Notes: a model not told the origin generated them from the letters alone. Counted from the stretch's first letter, positions 42,246 through 56,149 are shown. The stretch: 64,000 nucleotides of DNA from Eledone cirrhosa (GCA_964016885.1 OZ024743.1:307148001-307212000), one strand, 5' to 3'. Made by a program: numbers and translations.

Positions 42246-43161
42246 TTTACTGAGACTAACAACAATCAGTAACTTTACGTTAATTGATTATGGCTATTGG
42301 TTATAACGGGAAAGAAGAAGTAGAATTTTTATCTCGTTTAGCTTTATTGATATTAATCAGGCAATTTGATGTGTGCGTGTGTGTTTTTGTGTGAGTGAGT
42401 GTGTATCCGTGTGTGTTTGAGTGTGTATCCGTGTGTGTTTGAGTGTGTATGTGTGTGTGTTTGTGTCGGTCTGTGTGTGTGCGTTAACCGTCAACACCAC
42501 CAGACACTATATAATCAACTCGCACTCTTACCCCAGTCACCCCAGTTATTTGTTCCCCTTCTGTCTCTGATCTCATCACATCAGCCGGTGACTAGTCTCA
42601 CCTACCAACCCTCGCTCCATCTTATTTTTGTTTTTGTTAAATGACAACTCTCACTATAAAAGCAGGAACCTATCTCTCTCTTGCTCTATTTCTCCTCCGC
42701 CTTCCATATTTATCTTTCTACAATATTATTTCGTCTCGACTAATGACGACAGCAAGAGTGGAAGATATATTCCTGCTACTACACAGCTGAACAAGTCCAT
42801 GTCGAAATAGATTTACATCTATTTTATATCAGCAGAAAATCAGAAACATTTTATTCACACAACGAAACGTCTGCAGTAGACACATGGTGGTAAGATAAAC
42901 AGATTTTTATTGTTGTTGTTAATTTTTGTTTTTTTCATTTCACTCAAGAAACTCAAGCAAATATCCGTGTTTACATACATTGCTAATCGCCATACATGTG
43001 TAGTCTGACAAACGAGGGAGATGTTTTCTTACAAGAATCATCTAGTTTCTTGAAACCTTCGATAATGAAATAATTATATTGTTTTGTTTATGATGTAATT
43101 ACATAGCTCTGTACAATACATAGAGCACTCTTCTTTCCTTTACATTTTCTACAGAAAATCT

Positions 43162-43234
<73 letters not shown>

Positions 43235-43438
43235 CATATATATATGAAAAAATATCGTTTTTTTACAAAAACAATATAAATTGGAAAGTGGTAGGTGAAG
43301 TTAAAACAGCTCAAAATACAGTAATTTATTATAATAAACAGTACAAAAGGCTGTTTCATACTTGCTCGTGTGTTTCTGCATATATATATATATATATATA
43401 CACTATATACATAACTATAAATAGTATTATTATTATTA

Positions 43439-43470
<32 letters not shown>

Positions 43471-43800
43471 ACTATTTATAGTTATGTATATAGTATAAAC
43501 AACTATAAACAGGAAAGGTCAGTAATTTCCTACTACCTTATTACCAGTAAGAGAAATAGCTCAATGTAAGAACATCAGTGGTTTTACAGAGCAGGGAATA
43601 ATGACTCCAAATGAGAGTTTGGAAGAAACGATTGTCAGTTATTAAATGATTTGAACACAACTTTGATAATTGTCTAATATATATATATATTCTAATTCAA
43701 AATATTAACAAAAGTAGACATTCGTGTGATCAAAGTATATTTTATTATACCTAACTGAATCTTAACCATCTACTATGTCAGGGTATGTCATGCATCATCT

Positions 43801-43867
43801 TATTTTATCTGATGAGGATGTACTGTTGAAGATAGCTCAGTACCTCTGAAATATGTATAATAAAATA
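43801..43867 (+). ncRNA. Type I hammerhead in fold-back insertion 43692-44003
   Basis: tattttat-CTGATGA-ggatgtactg...cagtacctct-GAAA-TATGTA-TA-ataaaata. Confidence 0.8.
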
Positions 43868-43999
43868 TACTTGATCACACGAATGTCTATTTTTGTTAAT
43901 ATTTTGAATTAATATTAATAACTCCGGAAAACCCAATTGTTGAGTGCTTCCAATCTATTGTAAAACTCATTCTTTGACTTATTCATTGAACCTTGTTTA

Positions 44000-44067
<68 letters not shown>

Positions 44068-44405
44068 CAAATAAACATTCGGCGAGAATCACATTTTCGG
44101 CGGGCAGGAAAAGCGAAGCGAAACGCAAAAATCAGAAATGATACTGGCAAAGTGCTCAATAGTTAAAAACTAGAGCTAAACAATGTGTTAAGAAGCCATA
44201 CAAAACTGAAAAGGTGATCAAGAAAGTATTAACCACCCAAGCCAAAAACCAAATCAAGCTAAACAGGTCAAAACAAAATAAATGATAAAAAATAAGTGAT
44301 TACAATATATTAACAAATGGAAACTATATTTATAAAACCATATTTATTTTATTATACATATTTCAAGGGCCACCAAGGCAAATTATGATGCGCTTTCATG
44401 TATTG

Positions 44406-44471
44406 TATTTTATCTGATGAAAGCGCACCATAATTTGCCTTGGTGGCCCTTGAAATATGTATAATAAAATA
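44406..44471 (+). ncRNA. Type I hammerhead in fold-back insertion 44301-44606
   Basis: tattttat-CTGATGA-aag..cacca...tggtg..ctt-GAAA-TATGTA-TA-ataaaata. Confidence 0.8.
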
Positions 44472-44605
44472 AATATGGTTTTATAAATATAGTTTCCATT
44501 TGTTAATATATTGTATATTTACTCCACTATACTGTTGAGTGCTTTATATCAGTTATAAAAATGTTTAAGCTTGTTGAATCTTAACAAATTAAATATAACC
44601 TCTGC

Positions 44606-44647
<42 letters not shown>

Positions 44648-44704
44648 GAGTGTATTTATATATATATATATACATACACAAGTATATATATTTATTGATA
44701 CACA

Positions 44705-44754
<50 letters not shown>

Positions 44755-44764
44755 GACATATATG

Positions 44765-44818
<54 letters not shown>

Positions 44819-44820
44819 TG

Positions 44821-44851
<31 letters not shown>

Positions 44852-44872
44852 GTCTGTGTATATATATATGCT

Positions 44873-44908
<36 letters not shown>

Positions 44909-45544
44909 AATATAAATTTAGCGAGAATTGCATTTCGGCGGGTAGAAATTAACGAAACGCAACTTCTGTATTGTGCAGACAAGCGCTCCATGGGTCTGAA
45001 GAAGATACCAGAGCTATAAACATAAGTTAAAATGGTCATACACGCTGAGACGATGGTTAAGAAGCCATTAACCACCTTAGCCAAACAAGCGAACAAGCTA
45101 AACGGGTCAAACAAAATGAGATATGATTGAAATAGTTACCCGGACCCTCGGGGAAAATGGAATACTCCAATATTGGGTTTCTGCAACACCTAAATCAATA
45201 ATACTGTCTGCTTATAAAAAATAAGCTTTTGGTATAATGATCGAACAAGGCATCACTTTCTCAACAGGTTTTTGTTCTTCGTGTGCGAGAATCTCACAGG
45301 TTATGAAAGCACATGTGAGGTTCTAAGTTTAGAAAACCCCTATTTTGGCCAGTGAATTCAGCATGTGTAGTTATTGCAAACATTTGCAAAAACCGCACAA
45401 AACGAATTAAGCTCTCGACCGAGTTGTTTTTAAAATAAACTTAAGCAATTAATCAGTCAATAGAATTAACTAAAAAGCCAAAAAAATTAACTGGTTAATC
45501 GCTTGACTTGGGAGATTAATACAATATATATATATATATATATA

Positions 45545-45615
<71 letters not shown>

Positions 45616-45825
45616 GAAATGACAGAGGCTGGATTTGTGTAAATCCAGCCTCCTGTCATTTCATTATAATATTTAACTCCGTAATAGCACCACCAACTAC
45701 AAAAACAAAGACTGTTGAACTGCCTTACGTTGAGTACTCTCTATATTATTGCATTACGATTGACCATACGGAATAGACCAGCTCTATACAGTGGTGAACC
45801 TCAAACCTGAATATATATATATATA

Positions 45826-46978
45826 TTGGAATAAATGCTCTGAAATAGCGATATATATGTGAATATAGACATAGAATATTCGAAAATATTCTGTATGTTT
45901 ATAATAAACATTTTGAAGACCTAATCGCTATAGAATAGAATACGTCACGTATTACAATTAGATTCTCGATAAAAGCAAGGGAAGTAATCTACGCGTTTCA
46001 TTCTTGTTAGAAATCTTCAGGACTACATATCCAGTGCTTTTATCGAGAATGACACAGCTAGAGACTTATAGAATATTTAGCTGTGTACAGGAACTGGTTT
46101 GAAAGAGCGGTTGCCGGTCCGGCAGTAATTAGAAATTGGAATAAATGCTCTGAAATAGCGATATATATGTGAATATAGACATAGAATATTCGAAAATATT
46201 CTGTATGTTTATAATAAACATTTTGAAGACCTAATCGCTATAGAATAGAATACGTCACGTATTACAATTAGATTCTCGACGTATTCTATTCTATAGCGAT
46301 TAGATCTTCAAAATGTTTATTATAAACATACAGAATATTTTCGAATATTCTATGTCTATATTCACATATATATCGCTATTTCAGAGCATTTATTCCAATT
46401 TCTAATTACTGCCGGACTGGCAACCGCTCTTTCAAACCAGTTCCTGTACACAGCTAAGTATTCTATAAGTCTCTAGCTGTGTCATTCTCGATAAAAGCAC
46501 TGGATATGTAGTCCTGAAGATTTCTAACAAGAATGAAACGCGTAGATTACTTCCCTTGCTTTTATCGAGAATCTAATTGTAATATGTGACGTATTCTATT
46601 CTATAGCGATTAGGTCTTCAAAATGTTTATTATAAACATACAGAATATTTTCGAATATTCTATGTCTATATTCACATATATATCGCTATTTCAGAGCATT
46701 TATTCCAATTTCTAATTACTGCCGGACCGGCAACCGCTCTTTCAAACCAGTTCCTGTACACAGCTAAGTATTCTATAAGTCTCTAGCTGTGTCATTCTCG
46801 ATAAAAGCACTGGATATGTAGTCCTGAAGATTTCTAACAAGAATGAAACGCGTAGATTACTTCCCTTGCTTTTATCGAGAATCTAATTGTAATACGTGAC
46901 GTATTCTATTCTATAGCGATTAGGTCTTCAAAATGTTTATTATAAACATACAGAATATTTTCGAATATTCTATGTCTA
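45826..46978. mobile_element. 310-bp retrozyme-like tandem array with an internal inversion at about 46278
   Basis: About 1.5 units on the minus strand then about 2.3 on the plus strand; hammerheads at 45984-46026(-), 46508-46550(+) and 46818-46860(+). Confidence 0.85.
46508..46550 (+). ncRNA. Minimal hammerhead ribozyme
   Basis: gtagtc-CTGAAGA-tttct[aaca]agaat-GAAA-CGCG-TA-gattac. Confidence 0.8.
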
Positions 46979-46997
46979 TATATATATATATATATAT

Positions 46998-47210
46998 CAT
47001 CATCATCATCATCATCATTTTACGTCTGCTTTTCTCTGCTTGCAAGGGTGGGACAGGTCTTATTCAGCACAGCATCTCTCCACTTGTTACGGTCCTTCGT
47101 CATCTCCACCGTGAGCTTCAGCGATCTCAGGTCTGTTCCAACCACCTCCGCCCATGTTTTTCGTGGTCTACCTCTACCACATTTTCCTTCAACTGGCATT
47201 TCCTGGCACT
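46998..47210 (-). mobile_element. RTE 3' end fragment
   Basis: GRGRPRKTW and a (GAT)n tail; homologous to 62330-62545. Confidence 0.75.
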
Positions 47211-47220
47211 TATATATATG

Positions 47221-47330
<110 letters not shown>

Positions 47331-47432
47331 TGTGTGTGTATATGTGTGTGTATGTATATATATATATATATGTGTGTGTGTGTATATATATATATATGTG
47401 TATATATATATATGTATATATATATATATAAA

Positions 47433-50020
47433 GCATATTACTTGATGCTTTCGACAGTAAGGAAGAGCATTTAGAGTCGGACAATATAGAGGGACAGTGG
47501 GAATTTCTGAAAGCAAACCTGCTGATGGCGACAGATGAAGTCTGTGGCTGGAGCAGGCCTGTAGGCAGGAGGAGAGTAACATGGTGGTGGAACAGTAAGG
47601 TGGTGGAGTCAATTAAGGCCAAAAAGCAGGCTTGGAAAGTATGGCGGGATGGAGGAAGTAGAGAAGACTATCAAGTGGCCAGGAGGGAAGCTAGGAGACA
47701 AGTGTACTTCGCAAGAAGGGAAGCAGAGGAAAGAAAGTTCAAGCATGTTCTACAACGCGAGGACCAAAAACGTGAGGTGTTCAGGATTGCTAGGCAATGC
47801 GTTAAGGAAAACCGTGATATTGTCGAGGAGAAGTGTGTACTTAATGATGACGGCGTACTTGCCATCACCGACGCTGATAAGAAGGTAGCTTGGAAGTGTC
47901 ACTATGAAAGGCTACTAAATGAGGAGAATAAATGGGAGAAAGACAGTCTCCCCCACATCGACCCAATAGAGGGACCAGCAGTGTTAGTCGAGGGGAGTAT
48001 AATAAGTAAGGCAATCAAGGATATGAAGACGGGTAAGGCGGCTGGGCCTTCGGAAATAGTTGCTGAGATGCTGAAGGCATCTGGCACGGTGGGACACACC
48101 ATGGTCACCCGCATAGTTAACCAAGTCGTACAGAATGGGGTTGTTCCGAAGGACTGGCATAGCAGCATCATCGTTAACTGTTATAAGGGTAAAGGAGATG
48201 CCCTAGATAGGAGTAACTATAGAGGCATTAAATTAATCGACCAGGTCATGAAGGTCACGGAAAAAGTAATAGCGCAACTAATCAGAGAGAGAATTGACCT
48301 AAATGAAATGCAGTTCGGGTTTGTGTCAGGCAAAAGTACCACAGACGCTCTTTTCATTGTACGACAACTACAGGAGAAGTACCTAACTAAAGGTAAACCC
48401 CTCTACTTAGCTTTTGTCGACTTGGAGAAAGCCTTCGACAGAGTCCCCCGTTCCATTATCTGGTGGGCTCTTAGAAAACTAGGTGTTGACGAATGGCTTG
48501 TGAGAGCTATACAAGCCATGTATAAAGAAACAGTCAGCAAGGTTAGAATTAACAACGAATATAGTGAAGAGTTTAGCGTAAAAGTTGGCGTCCATCAAGG
48601 CTCTGTTCTCAGCCCTCTACTATTTATTATTGCCCTTCAGGCTATAACAGAGAAGTTCAAGACCGGCTGCCCATGGGAACTCCTATACGCAGACGACCTG
48701 ACACTCATAGCTGAATCAATGGCCGAGCTAGAGAAGAAATTCCAAACATGGAAGCACGGCCTAGAATCAAAAGGACTTAAAATTAACCTGGCTAAGACTA
48801 AAGTTCTAGTTTGTAGGAAAGAAAACAAGGCGGCGGTCCCTTCTGGGAAATGGCCATGCTCAGTGTGTAGGAAAGGCGTAGGTAGAAACTCCATTTTATG
48901 TCCCAAATGCAAAGTATGGGTGCATAAAAGATGTAGTGGGATCACAGGTAAGCTAACTAAGAACATAGATTTTACATGTGGCCGGTGCTCTGGTGCAATA
49001 AGTAGCAGCAAGTGCCCACAAAATACTAGCTCTTTCAATTGCGCAGAGGGTTCTATAGAAATAGTGGACAGCTTCCGTTACCTGGGCGACAAAATCAGCA
49101 GTGGGGGAGGGTGCTCCGAAAGTACAGTAGCTAGAGTCAGAACTGGTTGGAAAAAATTCAGAGAGCTTATACCACTATTAGCTGCTAAAGGGTTCTCCCT
49201 AAAAATGAAAGGCAGGTTGTATGATGCCTGCATACGAACAGCAATGTTGCATGGCAGTGAGACCTGGGCATTGTGCGCAGAGGATATACGCAGACTAGAG
49301 AGGAACGAAGCTTGCATGCTCCGCTGGATGTGTAACAGTAATATACATGAACGGCAAAGCATAAACGAACTAAGGAAAAAATTAGAAATAAGAGGGATCA
49401 GATGTTGTTTACTCGAGAGAAGGCTATGTTGGTATGGACACGTGATGCGCATGAAAGTCGATAGCTGTATAACAAAGTGCAGGGCAATAAAGATAGACGG
49501 TAGCCACGGAATAGGCAGACCTAGACAAACCTGGGACGAGCTGATAAACTCTGACCTCACACACTTACACCTCTCCAAGACAATGTCACTGGACCGAGAC
49601 CTTTGGCGGTACTCAGTAACAGAGAAGACCCGCCTTACCTAAATACATAGTAAAACCTACTACAGCCAGTAGGCATCTCTAACAAAATACACCCCCCCCC
49701 CACCCCATCCACACCACCCCCTCTATGTAAAGTTATGTTGGTGCCACGCCATCCAGGTCGAAACAAATGAGATCGTGTAGGTGTCACGACAAAAAAACAC
49801 ACAGTCCACGCTGTAATGTGGCCGTGTAGGCAACACGGTAAAAACCTCCCAGACCCACACTGTAAATGTGGTTGGTGTTAGGAAGGGCATCCAACTGTAG
49901 AAAACCTGCCAGACAGTCCTATGCGAGCAAGACAATCACTCTTGCCTCAAGTAGGAATACCCCCGTCCAAACCCATGCAAGCGTGGAACACGGACGTTAA
50001 ACGTTGATGATGATGATGAT
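47433..50020 (+). mobile_element. 5'-truncated RTE-clade LINE
   Basis: RT ORF, 3' UTR and cggacgttaaacgtt(GAT)n tail. Confidence 0.9.
47525..49642 (+). CDS. RTE reverse transcriptase with an inserted Cys/His (PHD-like) finger; endonuclease missing
   Basis: 705-aa uninterrupted ORF: NYRGIKL, QFGF, DLEKAFDRV, GVHQGSVLSP, LYADD, CSVC...C..C..WVHKRC...CGRC, WYGHVMR. Confidence 0.85.
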   Translation: MATDEVCGWSRPVGRRRVTWWWNSKVVESIKAKKQAWKVWRDGGSREDYQVARREARRQVYFARREAEERKFKHVLQREDQKREVFRIARQCVKENRDIVEEKCVLNDDGVLAITDADKKVAWKCHYERLLNEENKWEKDSLPHIDPIEGPAVLVEGSIISKAIKDMKTGKAAGPSEIVAEMLKASGTVGHTMVTRIVNQVVQNGVVPKDWHSSIIVNCYKGKGDALDRSNYRGIKLIDQVMKVTEKVIAQLIRERIDLNEMQFGFVSGKSTTDALFIVRQLQEKYLTKGKPLYLAFVDLEKAFDRVPRSIIWWALRKLGVDEWLVRAIQAMYKETVSKVRINNEYSEEFSVKVGVHQGSVLSPLLFIIALQAITEKFKTGCPWELLYADDLTLIAESMAELEKKFQTWKHGLESKGLKINLAKTKVLVCRKENKAAVPSGKWPCSVCRKGVGRNSILCPKCKVWVHKRCSGITGKLTKNIDFTCGRCSGAISSSKCPQNTSSFNCAEGSIEIVDSFRYLGDKISSGGGCSESTVARVRTGWKKFRELIPLLAAKGFSLKMKGRLYDACIRTAMLHGSETWALCAEDIRRLERNEACMLRWMCNSNIHERQSINELRKKLEIRGIRCCLLERRLCWYGHVMRMKVDSCITKCRAIKIDGSHGIGRPRQTWDELINSDLTHLHLSKTMSLDRDLWRYSVTEKTRLT

Positions 50021-50431
50021 ATATATATATGTGTGTGTGTGTATATATATATATGTATATATATTTATGTGTGTGTGTGTATATATGTATATATATGTGT
50101 GTGTGTGTATATGTATATATATGTGTGTGTGTGTATATATATGTATATATATATGTGTGTGTGTGTATATATATATGTGTGTGTGTGTATATATATATGT
50201 GTGTGTGTATATATATATATGTGTGTATGTATATATATATATGTGTGTGTTTGTGTATATATATATTTTTGAAAAAAGGAAAAGAATGACTTCACTTGTA
50301 GTGTTAAATAATTTGATTTAATTTTATAATATTATAATATTATAAAATTAAATCAAATTATATAACACTACAAGTGAAGTCATTCTTTTCCTTTTTTTCA
50401 AATATACCTGTCCCAAGGATCTCACACATTT

Positions 50432-50477
<46 letters not shown>

Positions 50478-50689
50478 CTCCCAGGATCAATCAGGGGTAA
50501 CCACAGTAAGTAAGGTACTCAATACATAGCAGAGTATATATATTTAATATAGAAATGGCTTCTACAGGACTAGAACTGTTTCATTCAGGAGAAATCATCA
50601 TATATATATGTGTGTGTGTATATACAGACATACACACGCACAAGTATATATAAGGTGGAAACTACTTATAATTTATTCAATATACAAAA

Positions 50690-51350
50690 TATCACCTCTG
50701 CCCAGGTGTTCTTTTGCCTACTTGTTTTACAGCTTCCATCCACTGGCATTTCCAGGCACCTTTCCACCCAGCGATCATCATCCATGCACATTACATATCC
50801 GTACCAACGTAGTCTTCTGTTTTGCACACTACCACAAATTCTTCTTAAACCCAGTTGCTCCCTCATCAAAGCTCTGCCTTTCTCTCACATTTACAATGCA
50901 CATCCAACAAAGCATGGTTGCTTCATTTCTCTCCAGTCTACACATGTCTTCTGCAGTCACAGCCCATGTTTCACTCGCATGCAGCATCACACTTTGCACA
51001 CAGGCGTCCTTTTATATATAGGGAGAAACATTTGTCAGCAATAGGAGTAGCTCTCTAAACTTCTTCCATCCTATCTTTATTCTAGCTATTATGCTCTCGG
51101 TACACCCTCCTCTGCTAATTAGGTCACTAACATAGCAGAAGCTATATACCACTTCTATGGATCCTTCATGTTGATTACACCTGTGCATCTTCTACATCTA
51201 AAGTCTTCTGTTTCCATAGTCAGAACTTATTCTCTTGTTCTTTTATGGATTCAGCTACAAGAACCAGATCATCTGCATTGAGAATTTCTCATGAGCAGCC
51301 AGTCTTAAATTCCTCTGTTATGGTCTGGAGAACTCTAATGAGCAGCAGAA
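50690..51350 (-). pseudogene. Decayed RTE fragment
   Basis: RRLRWYGYVM; homologous to the 47525 ORF. Confidence 0.75.
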
Positions 51351-51354
51351 TTTT

Positions 51355-52050
51355 TGGTGGTGCCACGTCTCACTGCCGTTTTGTCTCAACACTCAAACAC
51401 CCATGGTTCGTTTGTTACTAATTTATCCAAGAAATTTGGTTTAATTTCTAGACTTTCTAGCAAATCTTGACAAATTTCCAATTAGTTTGCTTTTTGCTCC
51501 ATAGACACTAGTTTGGACACTAGTTTTGGACACATTTTCCACATGTACAAACGGTTTATTAAAATTCTGTGCACTGCATTTTTATGCAAGCCCATTTCTT
51601 CTGCAATCATCCTAACACATAATCAGTGATCTTTGGCCATCACCGCTTACACCGCTTCCACGTTTTGTTCATTTGTTGACGAGATTGGCCTTCTAGAACA
51701 AGGTTTGTCTTCAGCATTATCTTGGCCCTCTTTGAAAGCTGTTTACCACTTAAAAACCTTACTTCTTGATAGAGTAGCATCCCCATAAGCTTGTGTTAAA
51801 GAATTAAATGTTTCAGTGGCAGATTTGTTGAGCTCCATACAAAATTTGATTGTGTACTGTTGTCTGATATTTTCCTGCATCACAAGAGTAACAGTGGTTA
51901 TAAACAGGCCTGTACATAAACAGCAATAACTCATGACTGACTCACTCGGTCATGTTGAAACGAGTATGTGTGTGCAGCCAAGGTCATAACCAATACACCT
52001 GTATAGATCGAGGTGTTGCATTACCATGTCGTACATGGGAAAATCAGTAC
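51355..52050 (-). pseudogene. Mariner transposase N-terminal remnant
   Basis: QQYTIKFCMELNKSATETF..L.QAYGDATLSRS.VFKW helix-turn-helix. Confidence 0.75.
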
Positions 52051-52984
52051 ACTTGTGAACTGATTTTCCCATGTATGACAAGGGAAATATATATATCATG
52101 ATCATGATATATATGATACATATATATGATCATGTAATATATATATCATGATATTCATTCATCATAGTTTTTGTCAACTTTTCCATGCTGGCATGGGTTA
52201 GATGAGATTTTTTGATGCAGTATTCTACAGCTTGATACTTTTCCTGACAACAAACTCTTTTAATCCCTTTCTACAACATACAGGGATACGATGTACCTAT
52301 TCTGAACTGAATATATATAACTAACCTGGAGACTTAGCTAAGGGATACAGTGTCCCTATTCTAAACTAGAGACATGGCTAAAAGATACAGTGTCCCTATT
52401 CTAAACTGGAGACATAGCTAAGGGATCAATCTGGAGTGAAATGAAAAGCAGTTAAAAATACTTAATTTTGTAGTAGAGTAAAATAATATTTAATCAAGTC
52501 TGGTTACTTGTCTCATTTTCACCCTACCCCTCCTCCCACCCTTACCACTCTACTCCCTCCACCCACCCTTACCACTACCCCCTCCCACCGTTATCACTCT
52601 ACTCTTCCCACCATTAACTATGTATCTTTCTATCAACTAGCACCCTCTATTGCTAAATATACCTCTCCCTCCCCTCTCTGTCATGTTCCCCAGGGCAGGT
52701 ACATCTCCTTCCCCAATGACTCCACAACTCACCTCTGCTGTTGTTCATCTCCTACTTTCCCCCTCTCTGTTATGTTCCCCAGGGTTGGTACACCCCCCAC
52801 CCCAATGACTCCGGCTCTCTCCCCCTCCCCATGTGTCTCCCAGTGTTATCTATTCAATCACCTACTAACCACCATCATGTAGCCCCATCACCCTGTCTTT
52901 CCTGCCTCTGTCATAACCATCCATCTATATCAGTGGTTCACAATGTTTTCATTATCAACGATAAGACTACTGATTGACGACCTT

Positions 52985-53225
52985 GAGGATGTATTTCTCA
53001 CGAAATGCATGCGCTGGTACAGCCATGTCGAGCACATTGAGGGCTGGATCAGCAAAGGGATAAATGTCGATCCAGGAGGTAGCAGAGGCCCAGGAAGACC
53101 AAAAAGGACTTGGATAGGGGATGTCTGTCGGGATCAAGCTATGCATGGCCTGGCCTAAGTGAGACCAACGGACAGAAACATATGGAGCTAAGGAGCTCTG
53201 TCAGGCAGGACCCAACCTTACTTAG
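52985..53225 (+). pseudogene. RTE 3' fragment
   Basis: MRWYSHVE...GSRGPGRPKRTW. Confidence 0.6.
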
Positions 53226-53739
53226 GGATTAATTGTGTCCTGCATAATCAAAAACTGGATGATAATGATGATGAAGGATCCCTATTACTTCAATGAATTT
53301 TTCTATAAATCCAGACCCTTCCACTACAATTATCCCTCTCCCCTCTGTGAGAATGCAGTAAGAATAACAGTAAACAAGGTAAATGTTTATGTTTGGAGAA
53401 GAATGGCTACTCAATAGCATTCATATTTTTTTTAAGAAAGTTCTTGGAATTTTGAACTAAGCTGACAAAGCTCAGGTTTGAACCAGTGATTGATGTCCAT
53501 CTTAACCATCATACCCTTCCATAATCAATCTTGGTCACATATCTCTTAGAACAAAGTAACCCCTCTAATCTGCCCATTAGACTTCACACTCCTCTTTTCA
53601 CTCTTCATTGCAGTTTGTAATAAGGTAACCTCTCTAGTTTTGTCATTACTGTAAAAGTAATTCAGTACCCTTCATAATGTGGTTAGCAGTGACTACATCA
53701 GGTAGAGAGAACTTATCAAGAACAAGACTATCTCTCTCC

Positions 53740-54280
53740 TGTTGGGGCCATGATAAATTATACCCACTTCATTCTGTAAGGTGGTAGTGCTGATGCCATG
53801 ATAGAATACACCCAATACACTCAGCAGCGTGGTAGTGTTGGTGCCATGATAAATTTCCCCAGTACACTCAGTAAAGTGATAGTGTTGGTGCCATGATAAA
53901 TTTCACCCAGTACAGTCTGTAACGTGGTTGTGTTGGTGCCATGATAAATTTCACCCAGTACACTCTGTAACGTGGTAGTGTTGGTGCCATAATAAAATTC
54001 ATCCAGAACACTCAGTAGTGTGGTAGTGTTGGTGCCATGATAAATTTCACCCAGTACACTCAGTAGCATGGTAGTGTTGGTGCCATGATAAATTTTCTCC
54101 AGTACACTTTGTAATGTGGTAGTGTTGGTGCCATGATAAAATACATCCAGAACACTCAGTAAAGTGGTAGTGTTGTTGCAATGATAAAATACGCCCAGTA
54201 CACTCTGTAATGTGGTAGTGTTGTTGCAATGATAAAATACACTCAGTACCCTTTGTAAAGTGGTGCAATGATAAAATACA
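53740..54280. repeat. 48-bp minisatellite, about 11 copies
   Basis: gtggtagtgttggtgccatgataaatttcacccagtacactc recurs at 48-bp spacing. Confidence 0.9.
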
Positions 54281-54302
54281 CACATTAGTATTAATCATCC
54301 TG

Positions 54303-54620
54303 AAGGCAGTAGATTGGCAGAATTGGTAGAGCGTTGGGCAACATGCTTTGTGGCATATAGTTACTGCTCTTTACATTCTTATTTCAAATCTCGTCAAGGT
54401 TAGCTTGGTTTTTCATCCTTACAGGGTCAATAAAATAGAGTACCAGTAAGACATTGGAGTCAATTTAATTGACTTTCCCACTTCCCCTCAAATTGCTGGC
54501 CTTGTCCAAAATAGAAACAATTTTTTCTTCATTGTACTTTGGGGTCAATAAAATAAAGTACCAGTAACATATTGGTGTAACCAAGATTCCCTCCTCTCAG
54601 ATTGTGCCTAAAATAGAAAC
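54303..54620 (+). mobile_element. SINE plus a partial SINE tail
   Basis: Same family as 41013. Confidence 0.75.
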
Positions 54621-55722
54621 CATGATGTTTTTTTAAAGTTCGATTAGTTATATGCCGATGTAGGGCAGAGTAGAAAGTACATCAAGAAAGTTGGGCCATA
54701 TTCTTATGACATAGGAGCCATATTCTTATGACATAGGAACCATATTCTTATGACATAAGTTTGTTGCAATAAACTGCCTTGCATTTATATAATTCTGTAG
54801 TTATTTTTAATTCACTGAAAACTATTCATTCAATCAACTATATTCTAAATGACATTTTGAATTCTGAAAGGAATCTTTATGTGAAGACAAATGGAATAAA
54901 AATTATTGAAAATAAACTAGAATATTCTGTTAAAAAGAAGAAAAATACATTGATTGAAATGATGGAGAGGGAGACTTAACACAAGAATATTTATAATCTA
55001 CCAAAAAAGATTTTATGAGGATTATCTGAATATATATATATTTATATTTAATTATATATATATGAGCATATATATATAATTATATATATATATAATTATA
55101 TCACGATAAATTAACAGAGCCATAGACTCTTGTTATTCCCTGTAAATTATGTGCTCAAAGGAAAAGCTCTTTAAAATACAATATGTTGAAAGGGTAACAC
55201 ACTAGAGAGAGAGAGAGTGTGTGTGTGCCATCAATAAAACATAGTTATAGAGGTGAGTATATGCATTTTAATTATTGTGTGTCTACTCTGCCTTCCATAG
55301 GTTATAGATTCCATACACTGGTGGTTTTCCCCGTTTTATTGATGGCACACTATCTCTCTCTCTCTCTAGTGTGTTACCCTTTCAACATATTGTATTTTAT
55401 ATACAATTATATATATATAATTATATATATATATATATATGAGCATGTATACATAATCATATATATGAGCATGTATACATAATTATATATATATAATTAT
55501 ATATATATAATTATATATATATATATATATATGAGCATGTATACATAATTATATATATATGAGCATGTATACATAATTATATATATATATATATATATAA
55601 TTATATATGTGCATGAATATATATAATTATATATACACACACATATATACATCATCATCCTCATACATGCATATATATAGTTATGTGTATATATTGTATA
55701 TATGTATATTATTATGTATATG

Positions 55723-55780
<58 letters not shown>

Positions 55781-56019
55781 CATATATATATTTCTAATAC
55801 TTAAGACTAATCAACTGTAGTTAACGTGGGGATTTTTATTTACTGTTTCCATTGTAAATATTTATAAAAGTTCAAAGTGTAACTTCTTATTTCTGTAATT
55901 GATATATGAGTGGTGCTGGGTTAATCACACAAACACTCAGACTATTACCCTTTTGATTACTAAGCATCAAAACGGGGTTATATAATGATGATGATGATAT
56001 AAATATATATATATAATTA

Positions 56020-56142
56020 TAATTGTTTCTACTTTTGGCACAAGGCCAGCAATTACCCAGTACATTACTGTTACTTTATTTTATCGACCCCGTAAGGATG
56101 AAAGGCAAAGTTGACCTCGGCGGGATTTGAACTCAGAATGTG
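56020..56142 (-). mobile_element. SINE fragment
   Basis: Same family as 41013, reverse orientation. Confidence 0.75.
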
Positions 56143-56149
56143 AGGGCAT

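Noticed and set aside
53315-53378. Possible host exon (ag...gtaaat); also a donor near 42890 and a candidate near 63590-63657
   Set aside because: Only splice-like dinucleotides; no recognisable protein similarity and no transcript evidence available.
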